A stretch of DNA of 64,000 nucleotides from Pseudomonadota bacterium (GCA_021817985.1 JAKAFK010000009.1:17507-81506), one strand, 5' to 3'. Positions 1 to 8,543 are shown, counted from the stretch's first letter. A program made the numbers and translations. The notes: generated by a model not told the origin, from the sequence alone.

Positions 1-737
1 AAGCCCTTGAGGAAAGGCAGAATGGAATGGAGATAGGGCGCGTCCCGGCCATTGGCAATGAGCAGGGCGCCCGCCAGCGTGGAGATGGCCATGGCCCCCA
101 TGTTGATCCAGTAGGGTGGCACGAGATCCCCGGCCGAAAAACGGAAGAACGTGTAACGATAAAAGATGAGCACCACGATCCAGATGTACAGCATGCCCCC
201 CCAAAGCCACAGGGAAAGGGCAATGAAGTTGAATTCCAGCCGATGCAAGGGGAGCCCGTGCGCATCCAGAAGAGCGGCAAGCACGGCGACAGATTGGGCG
301 GCGACCACGGCCAGGAGCCAGGTGCCGCTGATGCCGCGCTCCAGAGAAGGCTTGTGTCGCTCGATGGTGAAGGTGATGAACAGGCCATAGTTCAGGACGA
401 GCCAAAGGACTACGGAGAGCGTCCATAGCACGAGCGCACCCCCTTCCTCATTTGCAAGAAGGACGAACTGGCTGCCCAGAATGGCCGATCCGGCCACCCC
501 CGAAAAGAAACCGGGGCCGCGCAGGTCGTCCGCGAAGTCGGCCCGCAGGCGCCGGCCAAATCGACGGCAGCGCCACAGGAATAAAAGCCACAGGATGCCG
601 TAGAAGCCGCTGTTGAGGTCGAAGAGCACGCGGGCCAGCATGGGCAGGCCCATCTCCTGCGCCGCCAGGGAGACGGCGCCGGTGGCCATCACCAGGGCGA
701 AGTAGGCGGGAGCCAGGTCCCGTGCGGCATGGTTCAT
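1..737 (-). CDS. TDT-family (TehA/SLAC1-like) anion/dicarboxylate transporter, 3' end cut by window edge
   Basis: Absent from the ORF track because it runs off the window. My manual minus-strand translation from ATG 737 stays open to base 1: MNHAARDLAPAYFALVMATGAVSLAAQEMGLPMLARVLF...GDLVPPYWINMGAMAISTLAGALLIANG. It has many TM helices and a PxxWIxMGAxAIS-like pattern recalling tellurite-resistance/dicarboxylate transporters. Plus-strand ORFs 27..428 and 166..390 look like Arg/Gly/His-rich antisense artefacts. Confidence 0.7.
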   Translation of the reverse strand, partial: MNHAARDLAPAYFALVMATGAVSLAAQEMGLPMLARVLFDLNSGFYGILWLLFLWRCRRFGRRLRADFADDLRGPGFFSGVAGSAILGSQFVLLANEEGGALVLWTLSVVLWLVLNYGLFITFTIERHKPSLERGISGTWLLAVVAAQSVAVLAALLDAHGLPLHRLEFNFIALSLWLWGGMLYIWIVVLIFYRYTFFRFSAGDLVPPYWINMGAMAISTLAGALLIANGRDAPYLHSILPFLKG

Positions 738-807
738 CCGGTCCGCGAACCTTTTGCCCATTCCCCGCCCGATCATGCCGTCTTCTCCTGGCGAATCCAG
801 GTGTTCG

Positions 808-1047
808 TCAATCCCGGGATTTTTCGTCCGCGAATCGGAGGGCAGCGCCCCTGTGATAGGCAACGTGGCGGCTTTTGTCGCTCTGGATGGCGTATTGCGG
901 GTCATCGGGGCTTGCCCGGTGGGTATAGCCGTGGACCGGAAAATCCCGTTCGTGGATGGCCACGATTCGCCCGGTCACCCAACCGGCCTCCGAATTCCAA
1001 GTCACGTGATCGCCCACGGCAAAGCGACGTACCGGCGGTATTTTCAT
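808..1047 (-). CDS. DUF2945-like small protein (Tudor-like fold family)
   Basis: 79-aa ORF. VGDHVTWNSEAGWVTGRIVAIHERDF...HRASPDDPQYAIQSDKSRHVAYHRGAAL matches my memory of the DUF2945 pattern (W.S..G...G.I...H.AS.D.P.Y.I.SDK...A.H). Confidence 0.7.
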   Translation of the reverse strand: MKIPPVRRFAVGDHVTWNSEAGWVTGRIVAIHERDFPVHGYTHRASPDDPQYAIQSDKSRHVAYHRGAALRFADEKSRD

Positions 1048-1393
1048 GACTCCCTCAGCGCGAGAACGCGACGCAGACGCACCGTGCGCAGGATGGGTGG
1101 AACCGTCTTCCGGATCCTAAGGCAAGGTTAGCAGATGGCGCGCGCCTGCAGGAAAACGGTTCGCTTCTGGATTCGGTCGGCCTCGTTGGCGAGGGTGCGG
1201 CCGCCGCACGCTATATTCAAATTAGACACCCGCCTGAAATGTCGACAGCGGTATCGACCTCCGGCGGGATTCGCGGTACCGGCAGCGCACCCGGACTAAG
1301 GATAAGGTGCATTCGGGTGTGCCGGGCAGGCTCGACGTCTGGGCACGGGGCGATTGGGGGCGTGTTCAGGCACCGCAAGATACAGGAGGCAGG

Positions 1394-2152
1394 ATGCGTG
1401 ACACCCTGCGCGGCAAGACGGCCCTGGTCACCGGGGGTGCGACGCGGATCGGTCGAGAACTGTGTCTTGCCTTGGCGGAGAATGGGGCCAATGTGGTGAT
1501 TCACCAGCGCCGGGGCGATGACCAGGGCTCGGAACTGGCCGCGGCGCTCACGGGCCGGGGCGTGGATGCTTGGCGGGTGGAGGCCGATTTCGAGAAGCCC
1601 GACGAGTACGAGAGCCTGATCGCACGTGCGGCGGCGCAAGCCGGCCGTCTGGACATGCTCATCAACAGCGCGGCAATCTTCCCGGCCGGCGCCCTGGAGG
1701 ATGTCACGCTGCCGGACGTCCATCGGGCCATGCAGGTCAATGCCTGGGTGCCGTTCGTGCTAAGCCGCGACTTTGCGCGGCTGGCCGGCAAAGGAAAGAT
1801 CATCAATCTCCTCGACACCCGGATCAGCGGCTATGACTGGACCCACGCCGCCTACATCCTGAGCAAGCACGCCCTGGCCTTGCTCACGCGCATGAGCGCC
1901 CTTCGGTTCGCCCCCGCAGTCGCGGTGAATGCCATCGCGCCGGGGCTCATCCTGCCGCCCGCAGGCAAGGGCGGGGATTACCTCGATGCCCTGGCCGGGA
2001 CCGTTCCCCTGCAGCGCCACGGTGCGCCGCGCGACGTCGCGCAGGCCGCGATGTACCTGCTGAGGAGCGAGTTCGTCACCGGCCAGGTGATCTACGTGGA
2101 CGGGGGCATGCATCTGGCGGAAGGGAGCCATGGACCGCATCCTCATCAATGA
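1394..2152 (+). CDS. short-chain dehydrogenase of the pteridine reductase / FolM-like type
   Basis: Uses ORF-track frame 1307..2152. Start placed at ATG 1394, preceded by AGGAGG (1384-1389). The Rossmann motif VTGGATRIG is the TGX3RXG variant described for pteridine reductases/FolM rather than classical TGX3GXG. Catalytic YILSK is present. First gene of a pterin operon. Confidence 0.8.
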   Translation: MRDTLRGKTALVTGGATRIGRELCLALAENGANVVIHQRRGDDQGSELAAALTGRGVDAWRVEADFEKPDEYESLIARAAAQAGRLDMLINSAAIFPAGALEDVTLPDVHRAMQVNAWVPFVLSRDFARLAGKGKIINLLDTRISGYDWTHAAYILSKHALALLTRMSALRFAPAVAVNAIAPGLILPPAGKGGDYLDALAGTVPLQRHGAPRDVAQAAMYLLRSEFVTGQVIYVDGGMHLAEGSHGPHPHQ

Positions 2153-2489
2153 CCTGCGCGCCCGCTGCATTCTCGGCACCAATCCCGAGGAGCGCCGCGA
2201 ACGGCAGGACGTGCTGATCAATCTGGCGATCCATGCGGATCTCAGGCACGCGGGGAGAAGCGATCGGCTGGAGGACGCCGTCGATTACCGCGCCTTGAAG
2301 AAGCGTGTGCTCGCCTTCGCGGAAAACTCTCAGTACTACCTGGAAGAGGCACTCGCAGAGGCGCTCGCCGCCCTCTGCCTCGAGGATCCTGCGGTGCAGC
2401 AGGTGGATGTGCGGGTGGACAAACCCCATGCCCTGCGCTTCGCCCGCAGCGTGGCGGTGGAGATCAGCCGTCGCAGGGAGGAAAATTGA
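2130..2489 (+). CDS. folB: dihydroneopterin aldolase (FolB; the FolX epimerase paralog cannot be excluded)
   Basis: 119 aa. MDRILINDLRARCILGTNPEERRERQDVLINLAIHADL...DAVDYRALKKRV...VDVRVDKPHALRFARSVAVEI is typical of the FolB/FolX tunnelling-fold family. Overlaps the upstream SDR gene by 23 nt. Confidence 0.8.
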   Translation: MDRILINDLRARCILGTNPEERRERQDVLINLAIHADLRHAGRSDRLEDAVDYRALKKRVLAFAENSQYYLEEALAEALAALCLEDPAVQQVDVRVDKPHALRFARSVAVEISRRREEN

Positions 2490-2628
2490 CCGGCACGACG
2501 GCACGAATCGGCCATTCAGTTCCCAAGGGTCACGAAAGGCGCACCTTGCCGTGGTCGCGCCGTTGGCCCGGACGCGGATTCGTCTGGGCACGCACAGGCG
2601 GCGTCGCCGCGCGTGGGGTTTGATCCGA

Positions 2629-3153
2629 ATGGTCCGCGCTTTCGTCGCCGTCGGGTCAAACATCGACGCGGCCGCCAACGTGCGCCACGCCGTGCTGCGT
2701 CTTCGACGACTGGCGCGCCTGAAGGCGATTTCCACGGTGTACCTCACCGCCGCGCTCGGACGGCTTCACGAGTCGCCCTACTACAACTGCGTGGCGGAAC
2801 TGGAGACCGACCAGCCACCGTTGGCGCTCAAGCAGGGGTTGCACCGGATTGAGGACGCACTGGGCCGGCAGCGGGTGGCGGACAAGTTCGCCGCGCGCAC
2901 CATCGACCTCGACCTGATCGTGTACGACGAGCTGGCGATGGAGACGGCCGGGCTTAGGCTGCCCGACCCCGACATCATGGATCGCCCGTTTCTCGCCATC
3001 CCGCTTTGGGAGCTTGCGCCGGATCTGATCCTGCCGGGCAGGAACATGGCCATTGCCGCGATCGCCGCGCGCCTTCGCGCGGAAATGATGAAACCGCTGG
3101 AGGGGTATACGGCGCATTTGCGAAGGGAGGCCATCCATGGTGCCGAATCTTGA
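2629..3153 (+). CDS. folK: 2-amino-4-hydroxy-6-hydroxymethyldihydropteridine pyrophosphokinase (HPPK), copy 1
   Basis: Uses frame 2305..3153. Start placed at ATG 2629 ([18 protein letters not shown]...). Contains [11 protein letters not shown] and [21 protein letters not shown], typical HPPK motifs. About 174 aa. Overlaps folE by 17 nt. Confidence 0.85.
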   Translation: MVRAFVAVGSNIDAAANVRHAVLRLRRLARLKAISTVYLTAALGRLHESPYYNCVAELETDQPPLALKQGLHRIEDALGRQRVADKFAARTIDLDLIVYDELAMETAGLRLPDPDIMDRPFLAIPLWELAPDLILPGRNMAIAAIAARLRAEMMKPLEGYTAHLRREAIHGAES

Positions 3154-3724
3154 GAGAATCGAGGATCTGGTCCGACAGTTGCTGGCGGCGATCGGTGAGG
3201 ATCCCGCCCGGGAGGGACTGGTCGACACCCCGAAACGCATGGCGTCGGCCCTGGCGTTTCTCACCTCCGGCTACCGACAGGATGTCGAAGCGGTCATCAA
3301 CCGTGCGCGGTTCAGCCAGGAGATCAGCAGCATGGTCGTGCTCCGCGACATCGAGGTATACAGCTTGTGCGAGCACCATCTGCTGCCGTTCTTCGGTCGG
3401 GCCCACATTGCGTACCTGCCCCGGAACAAGGTGTTCGGCATCAGCAAGCTGGCGCGGCTGGTGGACATGTATGCTCGTCGGCTGCAGATCCAGGAGCGGC
3501 TCACGGAACAGATTTCCCACGCGATCATGGATTCCATTGACGCCATCGGCGTCGGCGTCATCATCGAAGCTCGCCACCTGTGCATGATGATGCGGGGCGT
3601 GGAAAAGCAGAACTCCCTCCTCACCACCTCCTCGCTCCTCGGCACCTTCCGCAACAACCCGGCCACCCGTCAGGAATTCCTGTCCCTGATCCGCCGGCCT
3701 GCAGTGTATGGCGGGCCGCCATGA
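3137..3724 (+). CDS. folE: GTP cyclohydrolase I (type IA, zinc-dependent)
   Basis: 195 aa. [42 protein letters not shown] and [12 protein letters not shown] are canonical FolE motifs, including the Cys/His zinc ligands. Confidence 0.95.
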   Translation: MVPNLERIEDLVRQLLAAIGEDPAREGLVDTPKRMASALAFLTSGYRQDVEAVINRARFSQEISSMVVLRDIEVYSLCEHHLLPFFGRAHIAYLPRNKVFGISKLARLVDMYARRLQIQERLTEQISHAIMDSIDAIGVGVIIEARHLCMMMRGVEKQNSLLTTSSLLGTFRNNPATRQEFLSLIRRPAVYGGPP

Positions 3725-3799
3725 CAAGGGCTTGCCGTCGCACCCTCGGCTCGCGCAATCTCAGCGGAGAGCGCAGGCTTTAAAGCTGTACATTAAATA

Positions 3800-3828
3800 T
3801 TGCTCTAGCTCCCGAGCCGTGTTAGTAT
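3800..3828 (+). promoter_or_regulatory. sigma70-like promoter candidate for the DUF59-hemerythrin operon
   Basis: Lies in an AT-rich island (about 3775-3860) within GC-rich DNA. TTGCTC (3800-3805), a 17-nt spacer, then TAGTAT (3823-3828). It sits 35 nt upstream of ATG 3864. Confidence 0.3.
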
Positions 3829-3863
3829 GAAGCTGTATTGTGCATACATCTTTATGGTGCCCT

Positions 3864-4190
3864 ATGGCGACGAGTGCCTCCGCAGACCCGGAAGTGGATA
3901 CCGAGAGCCTCTTTCGGGTGCTGCACAGCGTGATGGACCCCGAGCTGGGGATGAACATCGTGGACTTGGGCCTCGTGTACCGGATCGACGTGGCCGACGA
4001 CACGGTCACCGTTGATCTGACCATGACTTCGCCCGCCTGCCCGATGGGTGAGATGATCGTGGAAGATGTCTATGCGGTTCTCCGCGAAACCCTCCCGTCT
4101 TCTCTGCATGCGATCGTGAATCTGGTCTGGTCGCCGCCCTGGGCGCCTTCGATGATGAGCGACGCAGCGAAGCGTCATTTTCACGGATAG
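3864..4190 (+). CDS. DUF59 (SufT/PaaD-like) metal-sulfur cluster assembly family protein
   Basis: LFRVLHSVMDPELGMNIVDLGLVYRIDV...VTVDLTMTSPACPMGEMI...V.LVWSPPW is the DUF59 signature. The ORF-track start is GTG 3840; ATG 3864 (MATSAS...) fits the promoter candidate better. Confidence 0.8.
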   Translation: MATSASADPEVDTESLFRVLHSVMDPELGMNIVDLGLVYRIDVADDTVTVDLTMTSPACPMGEMIVEDVYAVLRETLPSSLHAIVNLVWSPPWAPSMMSDAAKRHFHG

Positions 4191-4211
4191 GCGTGCGCAG
4201 ACAGGCCCTTC

Positions 4212-5339
4212 ATGAACACCCGCCCCCCTATCCTCCCCTTGGTCCTGCTGCTTCTGGGCATGATCTCCCTCGCCGTCGGCGTCCTCGCCGGTCTGGCACG
4301 TCTTGGGGTGGAGGTTCCGGCCGACGCTGCGGCGCACGCATGGGCACATGGTGCCCTGATGGTCGGTGGTTTCCTCGGCACGGTCATCGGCTTGGAGCGA
4401 GCCGTCGCGCTGGCCGCCGCCGGCCCGCGCTGGGGTTTTGCAGCGCCTTTTTGCAGTGCCCTCGGCGCGCTCGCGTTGCTGGCGGATTTGCCGACCGCGG
4501 GCGCGCAGACCCTGTTTGCGGCCGCCGCGGCAATCTTCTGCGCCGCGAGCATCTGGATGCTCCGGAGCCAGCCCGCCGCCTATCTTGCGACTCTCGCGCT
4601 CGGGGCCGTTGCGTGGTTCATCGGCAACCTGGTCTGGTGGGTGGGCGGCGCCATCATGCCGGCGGTCCCTTGGTGGATCGCATTCCTCGTGCTCACCATC
4701 GCCGGCGAGCGCCTGGAACTCACGCGCGTCCTCCCTACCTCACCGCCGGCACGAGCGCTCTTCGCGACAATTGTCGCTGCGATGCCGATCGCGCTCACGA
4801 TCGCGTTCTGGCACAGCGGTCTCGGGCTGCGGGGGTTCGCGGCGGCCCTTCTTGGCCTGGCGGCCTGGCTCCTGCGCCACGACATCGCCCGCCGCACGGT
4901 GCGCCGTCGGCAACTGACACGCTACATCGCCTTGTGCCTGCTCGCCGGCTATGGCTGGCTGGCCGCGGGCGGCCTGCTCGGCATCGCCGGCGGCTTTGAA
5001 CCAGGGAGCGCGTTACGCGATGCCGCCTTGCATGCCCTCTTCCTGGGCTTCGTCATGTCGATGATCTTCGGTCATGCGCCGATCATTTTTCCTGCCGTGG
5101 CCAAGGTCCGAATTGCCTACCATCCGGCGTTCTATTTGCCCTTGGTCGCATTGCACGTCTCGCTCCTGGCGCGCGTCGCCGGCGATCTCACGGCGCTTGC
5201 CCCACTCACGCGTTTCGCCGGAATCGCCAACGCCGGCGCCCTGCTGCTCTTCATCCTGACCATGGCGACGAGTGTCGCACGCGGCGGCGCGCGGCAACGG
5301 CGGGCACGCGCACCCCGATCACACGAGCGGCTGATATGA
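4212..5339 (+). CDS. polytopic membrane protein, possibly distant NnrS-like
   Basis: 375 aa with about 10-12 hydrophobic helices. Two His-containing helix motifs (AHGALMVGGFLGTVIGLERA and LHALFLGFVMSMIFGHAPIIF) loosely resemble NnrS motifs. The genomic context is NO/iron-stress-like. The functional call is weak. Confidence 0.6.
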   Translation: MNTRPPILPLVLLLLGMISLAVGVLAGLARLGVEVPADAAAHAWAHGALMVGGFLGTVIGLERAVALAAAGPRWGFAAPFCSALGALALLADLPTAGAQTLFAAAAAIFCAASIWMLRSQPAAYLATLALGAVAWFIGNLVWWVGGAIMPAVPWWIAFLVLTIAGERLELTRVLPTSPPARALFATIVAAMPIALTIAFWHSGLGLRGFAAALLGLAAWLLRHDIARRTVRRRQLTRYIALCLLAGYGWLAAGGLLGIAGGFEPGSALRDAALHALFLGFVMSMIFGHAPIIFPAVAKVRIAYHPAFYLPLVALHVSLLARVAGDLTALAPLTRFAGIANAGALLLFILTMATSVARGGARQRRARAPRSHERLI

Positions 5340-5791
5340 AACGCGATCCTGGATTACGCCGATTTTCCCGCGAGCACCATGCCGCGCTGGTGCTGGCGAA
5401 ACGCGTGCAGCGCATGGCTGCCGAAGAATGGCAGCTTACGACCCCGTTGATCGCCGAGGTGCTGGCGATCTTCGCGCGCGACATCGAGCCCCATTTCCAG
5501 GCCGAAGAAAAAGGCTTGCTGCCGTCTTTGCAAACCGAGGGGACACGGCCATTGGCCGAACGGACATGGGCCGAACACCAGATGCTGCGCGCGCTGGTCG
5601 ATCGGCTCGCGGCCGGGGACGCGGCCAGCTTAGCGCCTTTCGGCGAGGCGTTGGACGCCCATGTCCGCTTCGAGGAACGCGAACTCTTCCCCGCGGCGCA
5701 GTCGGTCCTGGCACCCGAGACCTTGTCCCGCATTGGTCGAAGTGATTACCCTGCCCATCAACGCAACACCCACATACAAGGAACCCGATGA
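5336..5791 (+). CDS. hemerythrin (HHE cation-binding) domain protein
   Basis: 151 aa. FSREHHAALVLAKR...IEPHFQAEEKGLLP...WAEHQMLRALV...LDAHVRFEERELFP shows the repeated H/E ligand pattern of hemerythrin-like domains. Its ATG overlaps the upstream stop as ATGA. Confidence 0.85.
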   Translation: MKRDPGLRRFSREHHAALVLAKRVQRMAAEEWQLTTPLIAEVLAIFARDIEPHFQAEEKGLLPSLQTEGTRPLAERTWAEHQMLRALVDRLAAGDAASLAPFGEALDAHVRFEERELFPAAQSVLAPETLSRIGRSDYPAHQRNTHIQGTR

Positions 5792-6051
5792 TGTCAACCG
5801 CCCCCCATCTTCACCTGTCCCCCGACGCCATCTATCCCTTCGACGCCCGAGGCATCGCCAAGCGGTTTCGACACGCGGCGATCTTTGGCGCCCTCGACGC
5901 CCTGACTGCCGGCGAGACCATGCGCTTCGCCAACGATCATGATCCTCTGCCGCTGCTGGATCAACTGCGGCAACGCTACGGCGAACGCGTCGCGATCCGC
6001 TACGTGCAAAAGGAGCCCGGCCTGATCGTGATCGATTTCGTAAAGTCCTAA
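5788..6051 (+). CDS. DUF2249 protein (paralog 1)
   Basis: 87 aa. FDARGIAKRFRHAAIFGALDALTAGETMRFANDHDPLPLLDQL is the DUF2249 NDHDP.PL core. ATGA overlap with the hemerythrin stop. Confidence 0.85.
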   Translation: MMSTAPHLHLSPDAIYPFDARGIAKRFRHAAIFGALDALTAGETMRFANDHDPLPLLDQLRQRYGERVAIRYVQKEPGLIVIDFVKS

Positions 6052-6112
6052 CCCTGCCATGCGCTAGGCGCCCCACTGCCTGGCGCCCCCGCTGCACCCC
6101 CAGGAGAGCCTC

Positions 6113-6361
6113 ATGACGACGTCCATAAAAACCGTTGATGTGCGTTCCATTGCCCCCCGCGAACGCCATCCGCTGATCTTCGACACCTTCGCAAGCCTCG
6201 CCTCGGACGAGGCCATGCTGCTCGTCAACGACCACGACCCAAAGCCGCTCTACTACCAGCTTGAGGCCGAGCACCACGGCAAGTTCTCGTGGGAGTATCT
6301 CGAAACCGGTCCAGAGATCTGGCGCGTTCGCATCGGCCGCATCGCGGCATGCTGCGCCTGA
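6113..6361 (+). CDS. DUF2249 protein (paralog 2)
   Basis: 82 aa. VDVRSIAPRERHPLIFDTFASLASDEAMLLVNDHDPKPLYYQLE...WEYLETGPEIWRV has the same core as the preceding gene. Confidence 0.85.
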   Translation: MTTSIKTVDVRSIAPRERHPLIFDTFASLASDEAMLLVNDHDPKPLYYQLEAEHHGKFSWEYLETGPEIWRVRIGRIAACCA

Positions 6362-6394
6362 CGACCCCACGTCCGGGCATTCTCGAAAGTTGCA

Positions 6395-6429
6395 GCCTCG
6401 CCGCGGCCACAAGGCGGCCGGGGCGAGGC
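6395..6429 (+). terminator. GC-rich hairpin downstream of the DUF2249 pair
   Basis: GCCTCGCC (6395-6402) pairs with GGCGAGGC (6422-6429). The intervening GC-rich loop can pair further. No U-tract follows, so terminator function is uncertain. Confidence 0.3.
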
Positions 6430-6615
6430 CGCGACCCGCGATCGATGACTCACCCTGGTGGAAGAGAGCTGGACCAGAGGAGACCCAACAAAACCCCAAC
6501 ATCGGCCGGATCGGCCCGGGGACGCGGTACTCCCCGGCAGGTCGCCGCCTCGAGCCTTGAGTCCGGCCGGCCGCCAGGTGCAGCCAGGGTCGGGACGAAG
6601 GCATCGCAAGCCTCG

Positions 6616-7398
6616 TCAACCGTGTATGTAACGGCGCTCAAGCTCTTCCAGATGGGGCAGCAGTTCCGAGTTCTTCAGCACATGAAAAATATAGCGGGGC
6701 ACGTCCTGGCTCGTCGACTGGGCCATGAAGGGTTCGCCCCAGAAACTGAGCAGCGCCTCGGCGCCGCCGCTGTGCTGGCTGTCGGCGAGGATGAACGAGA
6801 GATTTTTCGCGAGCTTGCACCAGCGCGGCTCTCGGACCTTGGCCTGCCCGGCGCAGCTCGCAATTTTGGCTTGCACAACCCCCTCCCACAGGTCCTTCTG
6901 ACCCTCGTCCAGCACGAACTGGATGGATTTGACCATGGGATTCTCAATGGCCGGCCGAAGCAGCGCGTCGAACAGGGGTTGCGGGACATACATCGATAGG
7001 CAGACGTTGAACCAGACCGCATCTCCGCTCATGTGGCGCGCGAATTGCTCGCTGACGGAGCGGATCTGCCTGGGCCCGACAAGCGCCACGTCGGGGTACT
7101 TCAAGGCCGCCTGGAGACGCTGAATGGCGTGCCCGGTGCGTTGCACCTCCTCCGCCGTCAGCTCGTTGCTGCGCGTATGGCGCAGGAAATTGATGAACAA
7201 CAGTCCCATCAGTGCGAGCACGATGGGAAGAATGACGTGCTCGTCCACCACGTGCAGCAAATCAAGGACCGTGGCCACCACGGCAGCCGCGATGCCCGCG
7301 ATCGCATCCCATTCGTAGCCAAGCCATTGTCTTGCTTTCATAACATTACCGACGACCTCGGCGCTTGTGACCCCGGGTGGCCCATGCGGCTGCGGCAC
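6616..7398 (-). CDS. hypothetical membrane-anchored protein
   Basis: Balanced amino-acid composition. Two N-terminal TM helices (WDAIAGIAAAVVATVLDLL, ILPIVLALMGLLFINFL), then a helical linker and a globular part of about 170 aa with no motif I recognise. The likely start is the internal ATG near 7339 (MKARQW...). Parts of the gene look lower in GC than the surroundings. Confidence 0.55.
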   Translation of the reverse strand: MPQPHGPPGVTSAEVVGNVMKARQWLGYEWDAIAGIAAAVVATVLDLLHVVDEHVILPIVLALMGLLFINFLRHTRSNELTAEEVQRTGHAIQRLQAALKYPDVALVGPRQIRSVSEQFARHMSGDAVWFNVCLSMYVPQPLFDALLRPAIENPMVKSIQFVLDEGQKDLWEGVVQAKIASCAGQAKVREPRWCKLAKNLSFILADSQHSGGAEALLSFWGEPFMAQSTSQDVPRYIFHVLKNSELLPHLEELERRYIHG

Positions 7399-7525
7399 CC
7401 CATGGGTGCCCCGTCGCCCTTACCGGGGCTCCCTCGTCCGTCGCCGGTGACGGCCGTTCGCGCACGCCTTCCGAGCCCTATCCGCCGGCGCGGACTGTAC
7501 ACCCCCGGGGCACTCGCCGACTCAC

Positions 7526-8155
7526 TCATTCTCTTTCCGTTGGAACCGGCGATTCCGACAACACGAGCATTTCGGCGTCATCAAAATTGTCGATCAAAAT
7601 GCGCCTGACCCGGTCCTGCCACAAATCGCGAAATACGCGGTGCTCTTCCGAAGTGGCCCCTCCGGCGAGGACCTTCGGCAAGAGTGCCACCATGCCGGGT
7701 GCAGCACCCACCCGGTCGGCGTGATAGGTGACATCCACTGTCGCGCCGTTGTCGATCCTGGCGAAGCGCATGTCCGCCTCGAACCCGCAGCCAAAATAGA
7801 GCCGGTCGCGTCTATCGAAGCGCCCGCCAATGCCCTTGAACCCATTGTCCTGCGTCGCGCCGGTCATGAGTGTCACGACGCTGGCGATCACCCCGGTCAC
7901 CCCGTTTTGACGCTCATCGCGAAATTCCACCCGAATGCCCCCGCGCTCCGGCAAGCCCTCGCGGTAGAGAAACGCAAGGGCCTTGAGCGTTGCCAGATAC
8001 GCGCCCGCCACGGTGGGACACGAATGGCCGGCCATCCGGACCGCATCGAAATAGCCATACTCGAGGATTCCGTCCGACGTCGCCCCCAAAAACTGCGCCA
8101 GGGGATCGTATAGGCGGATTTTTTGCACGTCGTCAAAAAAGCGCGGGTAATCCAT
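7526..8155 (-). CDS. FmdE-like domain protein (uncertain)
   Basis: 209 aa. AGHSCPTVAGAYLATLKAL followed by VTGVIASVVTLMTGATQDNGFKGIGGRF resembles the H.CP..A.GY...AL / ...D.I...TG.T.G layout of FmdE-family proteins. Called from memory only. Confidence 0.5.
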   Translation of the reverse strand: MDYPRFFDDVQKIRLYDPLAQFLGATSDGILEYGYFDAVRMAGHSCPTVAGAYLATLKALAFLYREGLPERGGIRVEFRDERQNGVTGVIASVVTLMTGATQDNGFKGIGGRFDRRDRLYFGCGFEADMRFARIDNGATVDVTYHADRVGAAPGMVALLPKVLAGGATSEEHRVFRDLWQDRVRRILIDNFDDAEMLVLSESPVPTERE

Positions 8156-8506
8156 ATGCCTTCACCTCGTCTGCACCTCGGTCGGCGGCAGGGTCAAGGA
8201 TTTCACCCCGCGTCGCTTGGCCGCGTCCGGCATCAGGGACGCCTGCGCGGTAACATGCATATTTTATCCATCTATTACTCGGGCTGTCGATGGGCGTCCG
8301 CGTTTGATCCACGGCCCCGGGTGGCAGCGGCATGCTGCCCGCGTGGCGTTAGCCCGGTAACGGTTCACTGAACGGCAGAAGGCATGAGCGGCGGGTTCGA
8401 TGGCGGCTGGTCACCTCGATACTGGATTAAAATACAGATATCCCCAGTCGCGATGCGCGCGTGAACCGTCAACGGGAGACATCCGTCTGTTAGCGCCCTA
8501 GCCCAT

Positions 8507-8535
8507 CCGGCCTCGAACGCACGGCTCGAGGCCGG
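8507..8535 (-). terminator. perfect 10-bp hairpin just downstream of the tandem TusE-like gene
   Basis: CCGGCCTCGA (8507-8516), a 9-nt loop, then TCGAGGCCGG (8526-8535). It starts 9 nt beyond the stop at 8544. No U-tract. Confidence 0.4.
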
Positions 8536-8543
8536 CGACCCCG

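Noticed and set aside
3782-3806. Possible NsrR-type operator in the AT-rich island upstream of the DUF59-hemerythrin operon
   Set aside because: My by-eye alignment to the remembered E. coli NsrR inverted repeat matched only about 13 of 22 positions, and the right half-site was poor. That is not enough to call a site.
8389-8420. GGTTCGA-containing stretch that might be a tRNA T-arm
   Set aside because: The flanking bases do not form the required T-stem (GCGGG versus GCGGC), and no acceptor or anticodon arms could be drawn.
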